DNA of 64,000 bases from Nitrospirota bacterium (GTDB lineage Bacteria > Nitrospirota > Thermodesulfovibrionia > Thermodesulfovibrionales > UBA9159): NCBI GenBank assembly GCA_963699545.1, contig CAVOUE010000004.1:143410-207409 (forward strand). Reading direction: 5' to 3'. The notes below the pieces were generated by a model. It had not been told where the DNA came from and ran no database searches. It saw only the letters and a list, made by a program, of their open reading frames with translations. Below, piece after piece: positions 43,163-52,981 of this stretch (position 1 is the stretch's first letter; each line of letters opens with the position of its first letter). The position numbers were made by a program, and so were the translations under genes.

Positions 43163-43219
43163 TCGTTGTGCTCCTCATCTGTGAGGGTCATTGTTAATGG
43201 TCTCTTTGTCGTTACTACG

Positions 43220-44989
43220 TTATTTGGTGGTTTCCAGTTTTTGCAGCCATTTCTTTAGTATCGGATTTCCCGGGTCCCTCTGGTAAGCCATTGCAAATGC
43301 CTTTTCAGCATCGGCTCGTTTCCCCATTTTATAGAAGACCTTCCCGAGAGTTATGAGGTAATAGGGATTTGCCTTGTTCTTTGTCGCCAGGGCGGAGGCC
43401 TGAATGATGATCGTGTCCAACGCCTCTGCTTTGTCTTTGGCAAATTGACGGAGGATCGGCAGATTCTCCTCAGTGTTCCTCAAAAAGATCAGGGCGAGGT
43501 GGTCCCTGTAAATCAGTACCCAGTCATCCCGTTCAAGGAGCTCCTCCACAAGAGGAACAATATCACCCCTTGGTAACAGGGTGGGAATAATGATGTAGGA
43601 AAAACGGTACTTGCTCATGATGCCCTCCCAGGAACAGCCCTGTTCGTCTTTTGCCAGCACCATAATGTTATGTTCCTCGTATACGTCGGGTTCCAATGAC
43701 CTTCCGTCAATGAACACCTTTTTCTCCGGATAGAGCCGCCAGAGGAGATAGCCGCCGATACCGTATTCGTTAAACATGTTGCCCTGGATCTTCAGGGGAG
43801 CGATAAAATCGGCTGCATCCTTTGGCGCGGCAAAGGAGGTATCTGCCCTGAACGTATGGCTTGCAAGGGAAGGGATGGAGAAGAAAACAAGGGAGACTCC
43901 GATAAGGAAGGTGATGCCGTACAGGATACCCTGCCTCCGTTCCAGGAACAGGAGAGGTCTTCGCACTATCGTCTCCTCTCCCGCATACAAAAGGATTCTC
44001 CCGATGACCGGCGCAGCGGCGCACATATAGAAAATGAGGTGCCTGATCGCGGTAAAACTCATGAGGGTGAAAACCGACAGGACCAGGAGGGGTGTAAGCC
44101 CGATTTTCTTCAGGTAGCGGAGGGCCCCCAGGGAAAGGAGGAGAAAGAGAATATAGGAATAATCAACAGGCTTGAACATCCCTCGGTACATTGAAAAGGG
44201 GGACATAAATTCCACGATGCCCTCGCTATGCTGTCCAAGGGAAAGAGCCCCCCCGAAAACATCGGTACCCACAGGATTCACGAGGGAAAAGATCATTGAC
44301 AGAGCCCATACTGCAAGGAGGGTCCGGAAGTTTCTTTCCCCGGCGTCCTTCCTGAGAACGGAGAGGATACCTTCACCAACCACATAGAGGGAGATCAGCA
44401 GGATACAAACGATATGTCCGGCATGCAGATTTGAGAGCACCAGCGTGAGGACCGGGACCAGGAATATTGTTTTCGTTCTATGAACCCTGAAATCCTCCAG
44501 AAGGTACAGGATGATGGAAAAAAAGAGAAAGGTGAACAACAGCGGGCGTTCTCCGAGATAGTTTTTGGAGAGGACAAAGACCACCGACACCACTATCAGC
44601 GAGGGCAGATCGGATACGCCTTGTCTCTTGAGGGTGCGGAAGACAAAAAAGAGGAACAGCAGCATCAGAAGGGCCTTCAATACGATGATTCCCTTGAGAT
44701 CCCAGAAACGGTACACTTCATAGAAGATCACCTGGGCAAGCCAGTTGCCCTTCAGTACCATGGACTTCCATTTCGACGGGGTTTCGTGGGAGGTGTAGGA
44801 AAAGGGATCGTTCTGGGGCACGGAGCCGTGCTCTACGATATACTTGCCGGTGGCGAGATGCCACCAGAAATCAGAATTGTTCACGTACCGTTGGAGAAAT
44901 GAGGCGAAAAAAAACAGAAAGAAGATGAACACCGCCAGGAACTTCATCACAAGAACAGGTCTTAAGGAATCTCTCAGCAGGCGTTGCAT
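43220..44989 (-). CDS. Multi-pass membrane protein, GT-C-like, with C-terminal TPR; copy B
   Basis: SDFWWHLATG...DPFSYT...WLAQ, ERP, SNLHAG, VFIDGR; the glycosyltransferase role is inferred. Confidence 0.7.
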   Translation of the reverse strand: MQRLLRDSLRPVLVMKFLAVFIFFLFFFASFLQRYVNNSDFWWHLATGKYIVEHGSVPQNDPFSYTSHETPSKWKSMVLKGNWLAQVIFYEVYRFWDLKGIIVLKALLMLLFLFFVFRTLKRQGVSDLPSLIVVSVVFVLSKNYLGERPLLFTFLFFSIILYLLEDFRVHRTKTIFLVPVLTLVLSNLHAGHIVCILLISLYVVGEGILSVLRKDAGERNFRTLLAVWALSMIFSLVNPVGTDVFGGALSLGQHSEGIVEFMSPFSMYRGMFKPVDYSYILFLLLSLGALRYLKKIGLTPLLVLSVFTLMSFTAIRHLIFYMCAAAPVIGRILLYAGEETIVRRPLLFLERRQGILYGITFLIGVSLVFFSIPSLASHTFRADTSFAAPKDAADFIAPLKIQGNMFNEYGIGGYLLWRLYPEKKVFIDGRSLEPDVYEEHNIMVLAKDEQGCSWEGIMSKYRFSYIIIPTLLPRGDIVPLVEELLERDDWVLIYRDHLALIFLRNTEENLPILRQFAKDKAEALDTIIIQASALATKNKANPYYLITLGKVFYKMGKRADAEKAFAMAYQRDPGNPILKKWLQKLETTK

Positions 44990-44995
44990 CTTACG

Positions 44996-47197
44996 CTACT
45001 TTTTCTCCGTGCGACGTAGTGCCCCGCATGCCTCTTCGCTTCCCAAATGACACGCTTTCTTAAAATCAGAAACAGCAAGTGCCTTATCACCTTTCCTGAG
45101 ATAGAATGCTCCACGGCTATAATAGAGCGTGGCCGAGTTTTGATTCAAGCTGATTGCTTTATTAATGTCTTCTAACGCTCTGCCATGTTGACCAATCAAC
45201 GAATAGGTCAATCCGCGGTTTCTGTATGCGTAAGGATAGGTTGGATTTATGGCAATGGATCGATTAAAATCTGCTATTGCTTTGTCGAATAGACCGGCCT
45301 TACTATATGACCCCCCCCGACTATCATAGGCCCTAAAATAAGAGGGATCCAAAGCAATTGTCTTGCCGAAGTCCTTGATCGCCCTATCGAACTGCCCCAT
45401 CTTATCAAGAGCTACGCCTCGATTATAATACGCCGGATAGTAAGAGGGATTCAAAGCGATCGTCTTATCGAAGTCCTCGATCGCCTTGCTGAGCTGCTCC
45501 AGTTCGCCAAGGGCCGTGCCCCGATTATAGTACGCCAGATAGTAAGAGGGATTCAAAGCGATCGTCTTATCGAAGTCCTCGATCGCCTTGCTGAACCGGC
45601 CCATTTCGCCAAGAGCCGTACCCCGATCATAATACGCCAGATAGTAAGAGGGATTCAAAGCGATCGTCTTATCGAAGTCCTCGATCGCCTTGTCGAGATG
45701 ACCCATTTTGCCAAAGACCGTACCTCGATTAAAATACGTTTTAAAGTAAAATGGATTCAAAGCGATCGTCTTGTCGAAATCCTCGATCGCCTTGCTGAAC
45801 TGACCAGTTTTGTCAAGGGCTACCGCCCGATTATAATAAGCGAAGGGGATCCTTCGGGGCTCCTGTTCAATAACATAACTCCACAAGACAATACTGTCTT
45901 TCCATATGCCTATTTGTTTAGAAGTTAAGTAGGTTATAGAAACCAGCACGCAAGTAACTATGGCAAAACCGGCAAGCCTGTAAACCTGAGCTCCCTTTCC
46001 CAAGATAGCTCCGTTTTCAGAAGCCCATGCGATAAGCAGGCCCGTGACCAGGAATGGTCCAATACTCGGCAAATACGTGTATCTGTCAGCCATTGACTGG
46101 CCTCCTATCTGAACAATACCGATCACGGGAATCAGAGTAATAATATAGTAACCCCAGACTGACAACCATAGTCTCTGTTTTCTTATGAGAAGAACACAGG
46201 TTGCTGTAATTCCGAAGGCGAGAACTATTGCCAAAAGACACTTTAGAGATAACAGTGAGACATCTTTTTGATAGGGATAGAACGGCATGAGCTTCAGAGG
46301 CAACGTCATCTTCCAAAGATATGCCATAAGAGATGTAACCGCTGTAAGCAATCGTGTTGATATGGGGACAGCCTCCATGGATGTTATGGCCCCTCCGGAC
46401 CTCTGAGCCAGAACGCTCACCAGCGATGAGACAAGACCGAGTATGATAAAGGGAAGCTTCCCTGTAAGTGCAATCCAAAATGTCTTAAGGGACTGTATCC
46501 TTTTGAAGGGATACCAGTCTAAAATCAGCAGAACAGCGGGGAAACTTACCGCCATGGGCTTGCTGAGCAAGGCAAAGGTGAAAAACATGAAAGCAAGCAG
46601 ATAGTTCTTTTCCGAGAAGAGTGACAGTGAATTATTGTGTGCCGTATCCTTGTCCGGAAGACCCACGTGTCGCGCATACATTGTGATACTGAGGAGGAAG
46701 AACAGGGCGCACAGAAGGTCCTTCCTTTCCGCAACCCACGCCACTGATTCCACATGCAGGGGGTGAAGGCCAAACAATATGCCTGTAAATCCTCCCGTTA
46801 TGAGCATCGCCCTTTCACTCAGGACCGGTGACGGCTTGTCTTTCGCTCTTCTTTCTCTCAACATGTCCATGAGCCTTATCACCAGGAGCACCACCAAGAA
46901 AGTGTTCCCGGCATGGAGAATGATATTGGTCAGATGATGCCCCAGAGGATTCAATCCCCATACGGCATAATCCAGGGCGTGGGATATCCATGTGTAGGGA
47001 TGCCAGTTGCCCAGGGAGAAACCCAGGAACGCCCATTTGAAAAAAGCCGTATTCAAAGAACGGATAAAAGGATTGTCAAGAAGATAAGGAATATCATCCC
47101 AAACGAAATCGTTGTAAAGAGACGGGCAATACACCACAAATGTGATGAGTGAGACTGAACCCGCAAGGTAGTATCTAACGTGCTGTGTTCTTTTCAT
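44996..47197 (-). CDS. TMTC-like GT-C membrane glycosyltransferase with about 8 TPRs
   Basis: DFVWDD, NWHPYTW, HHLTNIILH, FGLHPLHVESVAWVAERKD, LLSKPMAV, ADRYTYLP. Confidence 0.85.
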   Translation of the reverse strand: MKRTQHVRYYLAGSVSLITFVVYCPSLYNDFVWDDIPYLLDNPFIRSLNTAFFKWAFLGFSLGNWHPYTWISHALDYAVWGLNPLGHHLTNIILHAGNTFLVVLLVIRLMDMLRERRAKDKPSPVLSERAMLITGGFTGILFGLHPLHVESVAWVAERKDLLCALFFLLSITMYARHVGLPDKDTAHNNSLSLFSEKNYLLAFMFFTFALLSKPMAVSFPAVLLILDWYPFKRIQSLKTFWIALTGKLPFIILGLVSSLVSVLAQRSGGAITSMEAVPISTRLLTAVTSLMAYLWKMTLPLKLMPFYPYQKDVSLLSLKCLLAIVLAFGITATCVLLIRKQRLWLSVWGYYIITLIPVIGIVQIGGQSMADRYTYLPSIGPFLVTGLLIAWASENGAILGKGAQVYRLAGFAIVTCVLVSITYLTSKQIGIWKDSIVLWSYVIEQEPRRIPFAYYNRAVALDKTGQFSKAIEDFDKTIALNPFYFKTYFNRGTVFGKMGHLDKAIEDFDKTIALNPSYYLAYYDRGTALGEMGRFSKAIEDFDKTIALNPSYYLAYYNRGTALGELEQLSKAIEDFDKTIALNPSYYPAYYNRGVALDKMGQFDRAIKDFGKTIALDPSYFRAYDSRGGSYSKAGLFDKAIADFNRSIAINPTYPYAYRNRGLTYSLIGQHGRALEDINKAISLNQNSATLYYSRGAFYLRKGDKALAVSDFKKACHLGSEEACGALRRTEKK
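45339..45840. repeat. Intragenic 102-bp tandem repeats encoding TPR units
   Basis: TAAGAGGGATTCAAAGCGATCGTCTTATCGAAGTCCTCGATCGCCTTG at 45441, 45543 and 45645, with diverged copies at 45339 and 45747. Confidence 0.9.
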
Positions 47198-47230
47198 CCT
47201 TAGAATCCCATGTGCCCTAATGTCGTTATC

Positions 47231-49027
47231 TTACCTGCTGTCCTTCAGTTTTTGCAGCCATTGGGTTATGATCGCGCTGTTCGGGTCCCTGCGACGGGCC
47301 ATTTCAAATGCCTTTTCAGCATCGGCACGTTTGCCCATTTTATAGAAGACCTTCCCGAGGGTTATGAGGTAATAGGGGTTTGCCTTGTTCTTTGTCGCCA
47401 GGGCGGAGGCCTGAATGATGATCGTGTCCAACGCCTCTGCTTTGTCTTTGGCAAATTGACGGAGGATCGGCAGATTCTCCTCAGTGTTCCTCAAAAAGAT
47501 CAGGGCGAGGTGGTCCCTGTAGATCAGTACCCACTCATCCCGTTCAAGGAGCTCCTCTACAAGAGGGATAATATCACCCTTTGGAAACAAAGGAGGGGCA
47601 ATAACGTAGGAGATATTGTACTTCCTCATAATGTCCTCCCAGGAACGGCCCTGTTCATTGCCTGCCATGGCTATAATATTGCATTCCTCGTATACGTCGG
47701 GTTCCAATGACCTTCCGTCAATGAACACCTTTTTCTCCGGATAGAGCCGCCAGAGGAGATAGCCGCCGATACCGTATTCGTTAAACATGTTGCCCTGGAT
47801 CTTCAGGGGAGCGATAAAATCGGCTGCATCCTTTGGCGCGGCAAAGGAGGTATCTGCCCTGAACGTATGACTTGCAAGGGAAGGGATGGAGGAAAAAACA
47901 AGGGAGACTCCGATAAGGAAGGTGATGCCGTACAGGATACCCTGCCTCCGTTCCAGGAACAGGAGAGGTCTTCTCACTATCGTTTCTTCTCCCGCATACA
48001 AAAGGATTCTCCCGATGACCGGCGCAGCGGCGCACATATAGAAAATGACGTACCTGGTCGCGGTAAAACTCATGAGGGTGAAAACCGACAGGACCAGGAG
48101 GGGTGTAAGCCCGATCTTCTTCAGGTAACGGAGGGCCCCCAGAGAAAGGAGGAGAAAGAGAATATAGGAATAATCAACAGGTTTGAATTTCTTTGCATAA
48201 GCCGTAAAGGGAGGTATAAATTCCACGATGCCGGCGCTATGCTGTCCAAGGGAAAGAGCTCCCCCGAACACATCGGTACCCACAGGATTGACGAGGGAAA
48301 AGATCATTGACAGAGCCCATACTGCAAGGAGAGTCCGGAAGTTTCTTTCCCCGGCGTCCTTCCTGAGAACGGAGAGGATACCTTCACCAACCACATAGAG
48401 GGAGATCAGCAGGATACAAACGATATGTCCGGCATGCAGATTGGAGAGCACCAGCGTGAGGACAGGGACCAGGAATATTGTTTTCGTTCTATGGATCCTG
48501 AAATCCTCCAGAAGGTACAGGATGATGGAAAAAAAGAGAAAGGTGAACAACTGCGGGCGTTCTCCGAGATAACTCATCGAGAGGACAAAAACCACCGACA
48601 CCACTATCAGCGAGGGCAGATCGGATACGCCCTGCCTCGTAATGGTGCGGAAGACAAAAAAGAGGAACAGCAGCATCAGAAGGGCCTTCAATACGACGAT
48701 CCCCTTGAGATCCCAGACGCGGTACACTTCATAGAAGATCACCTGGGCAAGCCAGTTGCCCTTCAGTACCATGGACTTCCATTTCGACGGAGTTTCGTGG
48801 GAGGTGTAGGAAAAGGGATCGTTCTGCGGCACGGAACCGTGCTCCACGATATATTTGCCGGTGGCGAGATGCCACCAGAAATCAGAATTGTTCACGTACC
48901 GCTGGAGAAATGAGGCGAAAAAAAACAGAAAGAAGATGAACACCGCCAGGAACTTCATCACGGCGCCGAATCGTAGGGAACCTTTTCGCGTAGGGTATAT
49001 CTTCATCATACATCCATTTTCAGGCAT
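47231..49027 (-). CDS. Multi-pass membrane protein, GT-C-like, with C-terminal TPR; copy A (start uncertain)
   Basis: Near-identical to 43220..44989. Confidence 0.7.
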   Translation of the reverse strand: MPENGCMMKIYPTRKGSLRFGAVMKFLAVFIFFLFFFASFLQRYVNNSDFWWHLATGKYIVEHGSVPQNDPFSYTSHETPSKWKSMVLKGNWLAQVIFYEVYRVWDLKGIVVLKALLMLLFLFFVFRTITRQGVSDLPSLIVVSVVFVLSMSYLGERPQLFTFLFFSIILYLLEDFRIHRTKTIFLVPVLTLVLSNLHAGHIVCILLISLYVVGEGILSVLRKDAGERNFRTLLAVWALSMIFSLVNPVGTDVFGGALSLGQHSAGIVEFIPPFTAYAKKFKPVDYSYILFLLLSLGALRYLKKIGLTPLLVLSVFTLMSFTATRYVIFYMCAAAPVIGRILLYAGEETIVRRPLLFLERRQGILYGITFLIGVSLVFSSIPSLASHTFRADTSFAAPKDAADFIAPLKIQGNMFNEYGIGGYLLWRLYPEKKVFIDGRSLEPDVYEECNIIAMAGNEQGRSWEDIMRKYNISYVIAPPLFPKGDIIPLVEELLERDEWVLIYRDHLALIFLRNTEENLPILRQFAKDKAEALDTIIIQASALATKNKANPYYLITLGKVFYKMGKRADAEKAFEMARRRDPNSAIITQWLQKLKDSR

Positions 49028-49154
49028 CTATTCTAAAGGGAAAGCATAATAAAGGACAAGGAGCACGGAGTTTGCGGCTGCGGCTTCCGGGAGCTGTGGA
49101 TGAAAAAAGAGGCCACGGGAACAACTTGAAAGCTACGTTCTCAGCGAAAGCTGG

Positions 49155-49652
49155 TCAAAAGTTCCTGTTGTTGTTGCAGTCTACGGCAAAGAGATCATTT
49201 TCTACCCTTGTCCCCGCAATCCCGGAGGCGGTAGCAACGTAACAGGGATTTGGCAGGCTCGAAGCAGTAGTGGGGGGGGTAGCCACCGTATTCCCGATCG
49301 TATTCGTTATCTGGAAGTTTTGCCGGATCGAGTAGGAATAGTTCAATCCGAAGTCGGGCACGGCAGCGGGATTTCCTCCGGGCTGGAAGCCCGGCATAAC
49401 AGCCTGAATGCTGGAGGCGCCGATTAACGGATTTGCGTGCGATCTGGGCGGGGTTGGGTCAGGAAAATAGAGTGCATTTTCCGAAAAGACCTGCTCTTCA
49501 AGAAGTCGTATGGACTGGAGATTTGCGTAGGCCTCCGCCCGCGCAGCCTTCCTGACAGTGCCTATATACGCAACGCCGGCCATTCCCGCGAGTATGCCTA
49601 CGACGGCTACCGCTATGAGAAGTTCTATCAATGTGAATCCACGGTTATTCAT
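49155..49652 (-). CDS. Type IV minor pilin, PilE-like
   Basis: [23 protein letters not shown] prepilin cleavage motif; RKAARAEA; two C-terminal Cys. Confidence 0.85.
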   Translation of the reverse strand: MNNRGFTLIELLIAVAVVGILAGMAGVAYIGTVRKAARAEAYANLQSIRLLEEQVFSENALYFPDPTPPRSHANPLIGASSIQAVMPGFQPGGNPAAVPDFGLNYSYSIRQNFQITNTIGNTVATPPTTASSLPNPCYVATASGIAGTRVENDLFAVDCNNNRNF

Positions 49653-49728
49653 AATGTCTATTTTACCAGATATAGATCTTTTTGCAATATTTTTTGTGCC
49701 GGAACCTACCCGACATTCAATGAAAGAC

Positions 49729-49762
49729 AGAGAAGGCGATTGAGGTCTCAATCGCCTTCTCT
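49729..49762 (-). terminator. Strong hairpin after the major pilin gene
   Basis: AGAGAAGGCGATTGAG-GT-CTCAATCGCCTTCTCT, perfect 16-bp inverted repeat. Confidence 0.75.
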
Positions 49763-49771
49763 CACGAAAGA

Positions 49772-50410
49772 CTATTCAGACGAGACAACCTTGCACTTGA
49801 GCAACTCCGCGTTTGCGGGATCATTTCCACCAGGGCCGTTACTGTTTGCCCTGATTCTTATGGTGGAGGTAGTGAATGCTGACAAGACCACCTCTCCCGT
49901 TGTAGCCGCGACCACGGAGAGGTTAGTGCATACGACATCAGCCGCCGAAGCAAAAAGTGCCAGATCCGCGGGCCTGCCGCCCATACCCGCCCATGGTGAG
50001 AGCTCGATGCCGTTCATGCCGTTTCCGCCTTCCCTGGCGAGAATATATGCCTCAAATGTTTTGTTCGAAGCAGGACCGCTATTGAACAAAGCGAAATTGT
50101 TTATGTCACCGGCATTGACATTGACGCTTCCGTCCCAGTTTGTATCGACCTCAACAAGTGCGGCGCCCGGAGCAGTGGAAACCGCGCCCTTCAAGGCTGA
50201 GTTGAGCCAGTGCTGCAGGTCAGCCTCGGATGACTCTGCCGCCTTGATGATGTTCGATTTTCTCGCCTTTTCCTGAGCGCCGAGATAGGCGGGGATTGCT
50301 ATGGCTGCCAGGATGCCGATGATTGCAACGACGATGAGCAACTCAATGAGGGTAAACCCTCTCCTGTTTCTCATCTTCATGTTCTGGAGCGTCTGAAACA
50401 TATGATGCAT
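49772..50410 (-). CDS. pilA: Type IVa major pilin
   Basis: [38 protein letters not shown] before the ATG at 50410; own sigma54 promoter and downstream hairpin. Confidence 0.85.
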   Translation of the reverse strand: MHHMFQTLQNMKMRNRRGFTLIELLIVVAIIGILAAIAIPAYLGAQEKARKSNIIKAAESSEADLQHWLNSALKGAVSTAPGAALVEVDTNWDGSVNVNAGDINNFALFNSGPASNKTFEAYILAREGGNGMNGIELSPWAGMGGRPADLALFASAADVVCTNLSVVAATTGEVVLSAFTTSTIRIRANSNGPGGNDPANAELLKCKVVSSE

Positions 50411-50501
50411 TTGAACCTCCTTTTTTTTCTTCACAGGCTGATGCCTGTGCATTTCTCATTCCAGCAGGCAAAGCCCGCGTGAATTCCTCTCTATGGTGAT
50501 T

Positions 50502-50672
50502 TCATGAACCCTCGTCCGCGAAAAACCAGGCCAGGGAAGCGGATGATGCCGACGAAGCCCACATGGGATCGTCGTCTCCTTTCCCGTTCCCTTGCTGATA
50601 ATCCAATCTGAAGGTCATGTCATCCTGAAGCACCTCTTTGCATTCTTCAGGGATGTCACCATATTCCTTCAC
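50502..50672 (-). CDS. Possible 56-aa acidic small protein upstream of the pilin
   Basis: GTG start 9 nt after GAGGAGG; MKEYGDIPEECKEVLQDDMTFRLDY...LAWFFADEGS. Confidence 0.4.
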   Translation of the reverse strand: MKEYGDIPEECKEVLQDDMTFRLDYQQGNGKGDDDPMWASSASSASLAWFFADEGS

Positions 50673-50734
50673 TGTCCATCACCTCCTCTTTTCAGTTGAT
50701 TATCGCATTAATGATTGTCGTTTGACAATAGAGA

Positions 50735-50837
50735 GCAGGATTCATGCCAGGGAATGGCATTCTGCAATTCATTGATATTTCGTCCTAATCAAGATTGCCG
50801 GAGAGGATGGCAGTTGAATTTGTGACAATTATTGTCA
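50735..50837 (-). promoter_or_regulatory. Pilin sigma54 promoter (50735..50749), IHF-like site (50765..50777) and palindromic activator site (50823..50837)
   Basis: Minus strand TGGCATGAATCCTGC and TATCAATGAATTG; inverted repeat TGACAAT-T-ATTGTCA. Confidence 0.8.
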
Positions 50838-51135
50838 GCACTGCTGGCGAGAAGTGACATTTCGCCGACGCTCCCCACTTTCCAGAGCGCGACATCGTGC
50901 GATTTGACAATAACTATCAAGTCCCGGTTTTGCGATCCTCTCAATCGGTGAGTTTAGATCAAAGATTTTCTTTCAAAAAAAGCTTGACAAAACTTATTAT
51001 TCTTATTTATATTCTCATAATTTTTAAAAATAGATAAAGGCATCTACACATATGGTATTTTTGTGTTTATAGCCTAGCCTGGTCAGAGAGAAGCTTCGGG
51101 CAATACTAAATCATCGGGAAAGGAGTTTCAGGGAG

Positions 51136-51920
51136 ATGCTTATCATCGGGGAGAAGTTGAGCATTATCGCAAAGAGAGTCAGAGAGGCCATGGGCAAGAA
51201 GGACAAAGGGCCTATTCAGGAGATCGCGACGCGGCAGTGGAAGGAGGGGTCAGGCGTTATCGACGCCAATATAGGCCCTGCGGAAGATGGGGGAGAAGAC
51301 CTGATGCAGTGGATGGTCACCACCATTCAGGAGGTGGTTCCTCTTCCGGTCTGTCTTGACACCACAAATTTCAAAGCTATCGAGGCCGGACTGAAGATGC
51401 ATAATAATGAGTGGGGCAGGCCGCTCATCAATTCCACCTCGAATGATCCGGAAAGATTTCCGATCCTCGAACTTGGCGCAAAGTATAATGCCAATGTGAT
51501 CGGCCTTACGGTGGGGAAGGGCGGACTTCCCGCGGATGCCGAGGAGAGGGCGGGCATTGCCGCAGAGATCATGGCGAGGGCCATGGAATACGGTGTTCCC
51601 CTCGAGGACCTCTATCTCGACCCCCTTGTTCTGCAGATAGCAACGTCGCAGGACCATGCGCTTCATGTCATCAAAGCGATCAGGATGTTCCAGGAAATGA
51701 ACGATCCGCCGATGAAGACGGTGGTGGGCCTGAGCAATATTTCCAACGGGTGTCCCAAGACACTCAGACCGATATTGAACAAGTATTTCTTCGTGCTGCT
51801 CATGAAGCAGGGCTGACTTCAGCGATTGCGGATGCTCATGAGATGGCGGAAGATTGATCAAAGACGCTTGATGTGATCATGGGCAGGACCCTTTACGCCC
51901 ATTCATATTTGGAAATGTAA
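51136..51920 (+). CDS. acsE: Methyltetrahydrofolate:corrinoid iron-sulfur protein methyltransferase; indels near the 3' end
   Basis: MLIIGEKL, CLDTTN, LINSTS, LDPLVL, VGLSNISNG; the C-terminus (LYAHSYLEM) lies in a shifted frame. Confidence 0.9.
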
Positions 51921-52008
51921 ATTTAGCTGTTAGCTCCTGGCTCACAGCTGATGAGGAGAACGATCAGCGGTGAACCATGAACTATGAGCTTGAAAACTGG
52001 AGGATACT

Positions 52009-52963
52009 ATGGCTTTCGTTGCACCAACAGAGACGTACCCGGGAAAGGTTTACGCGTCGACCATAGGGACGGAGAAGACCGGTAATTTCGGCGGAGAGAA
52101 TGTTCTCCCGTTCCATTCTTTTGAGGGAAATGCTCCCAACAGGCCGCTCGTTGCGTATGAAATTCAGGACGTGCCCCCTGACGACTGGCCGGAGACGGTA
52201 AAAAAGGTCTTTGCGGCTGTATCGGCTGACCCGGTAACATGGGCAAAATATTGTCAGGATACCCTGAAGGCAAAAGCGATTGCCCTCAGGCTTGTGGGCA
52301 CCCATCCCGACAGGGAGAACCGTTCTCCTGAGGATGCGGCAAAGACAGTCAAGGATGTCCTCGCTGCGGTCAGTGTTCCCGTGATCATACTCGGCAGCAA
52401 TCATGCGGAAAAGGACGCTGCCGTGCTGGTCGCGGCCGCTGAGGCAGCAAAGGACAGGAACTGCATCATAGGGAAGGCGCAGGAGGCCAATTACAAGACC
52501 ATCGCTGCGGCAGCAATGGCAAACAACCACAAATTTATTGCCATGTCGGAACTCGACATAAATCTTTCGAAACAGTTGAATATCCTGATCACCCAGATGG
52601 GATTTGACAAGGAAAGGCTGATTACAGACCCCATGTGTTCGGCGCTTGGATACGGACTTGAATATACGTATTCGGTCATGGAGAGGATACGGCTTGCGGC
52701 CCTTACGCAGAACGATGTCACAATGCAGCAGCCGCTGTTGGGCGATGTGGGCATGTACGTCTGGAAGGTGAAGGAGACACAGGCTCCCGAAGCAGACCTT
52801 CCCCAGTGGGGGTCGCCTGGAGGAGAGGGGAATAGCATGGGAGACGGTCGACCGCGCTCTGTGCGGCGCTGACTCTGATAGCCGGATGCGGAGACGTCAG
52901 TTCATCATGAGGCATCCCGAAGCGGTGAAGGCGATCGAGAAAATTCACTCTGCACTGAGCTAA
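52009..52963 (+). CDS. acsD: Corrinoid iron-sulfur protein small subunit; indels near the 3' end
   Basis: GGENVLPFHSFEG, DINLSKQLN, ALGYGLEYTYSVMERIRLAAL. Confidence 0.92.
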
Positions 52964-52981
52964 TGATAAGGGAGGTTTAAA

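Larger units (their letters stand above)
43294..48961. repeat. ~1.66-kb near-identical direct duplication (43294..44950 and 47305..48961, offset 4011 bp)
   Basis: Long identical DNA runs, with the same offset checked at both ends. Confidence 0.92.

Noticed and set aside
45339-45840. CRISPR-like periodic repeats
   Set aside because: The 102-bp period equals a 34-aa TPR unit inside an open reading frame.
49772-50410. Electrically conductive short pilin
   Set aside because: The N-terminal helix resembles Geobacter PilA, but the mature protein is ~194 aa with only about 11 F/W/Y residues by hand count.
50411-50730. Riboswitch (e.g. c-di-GMP) in the pilin leader
   Set aside because: No recognisable aptamer motif by eye; an Rfam scan would be needed.
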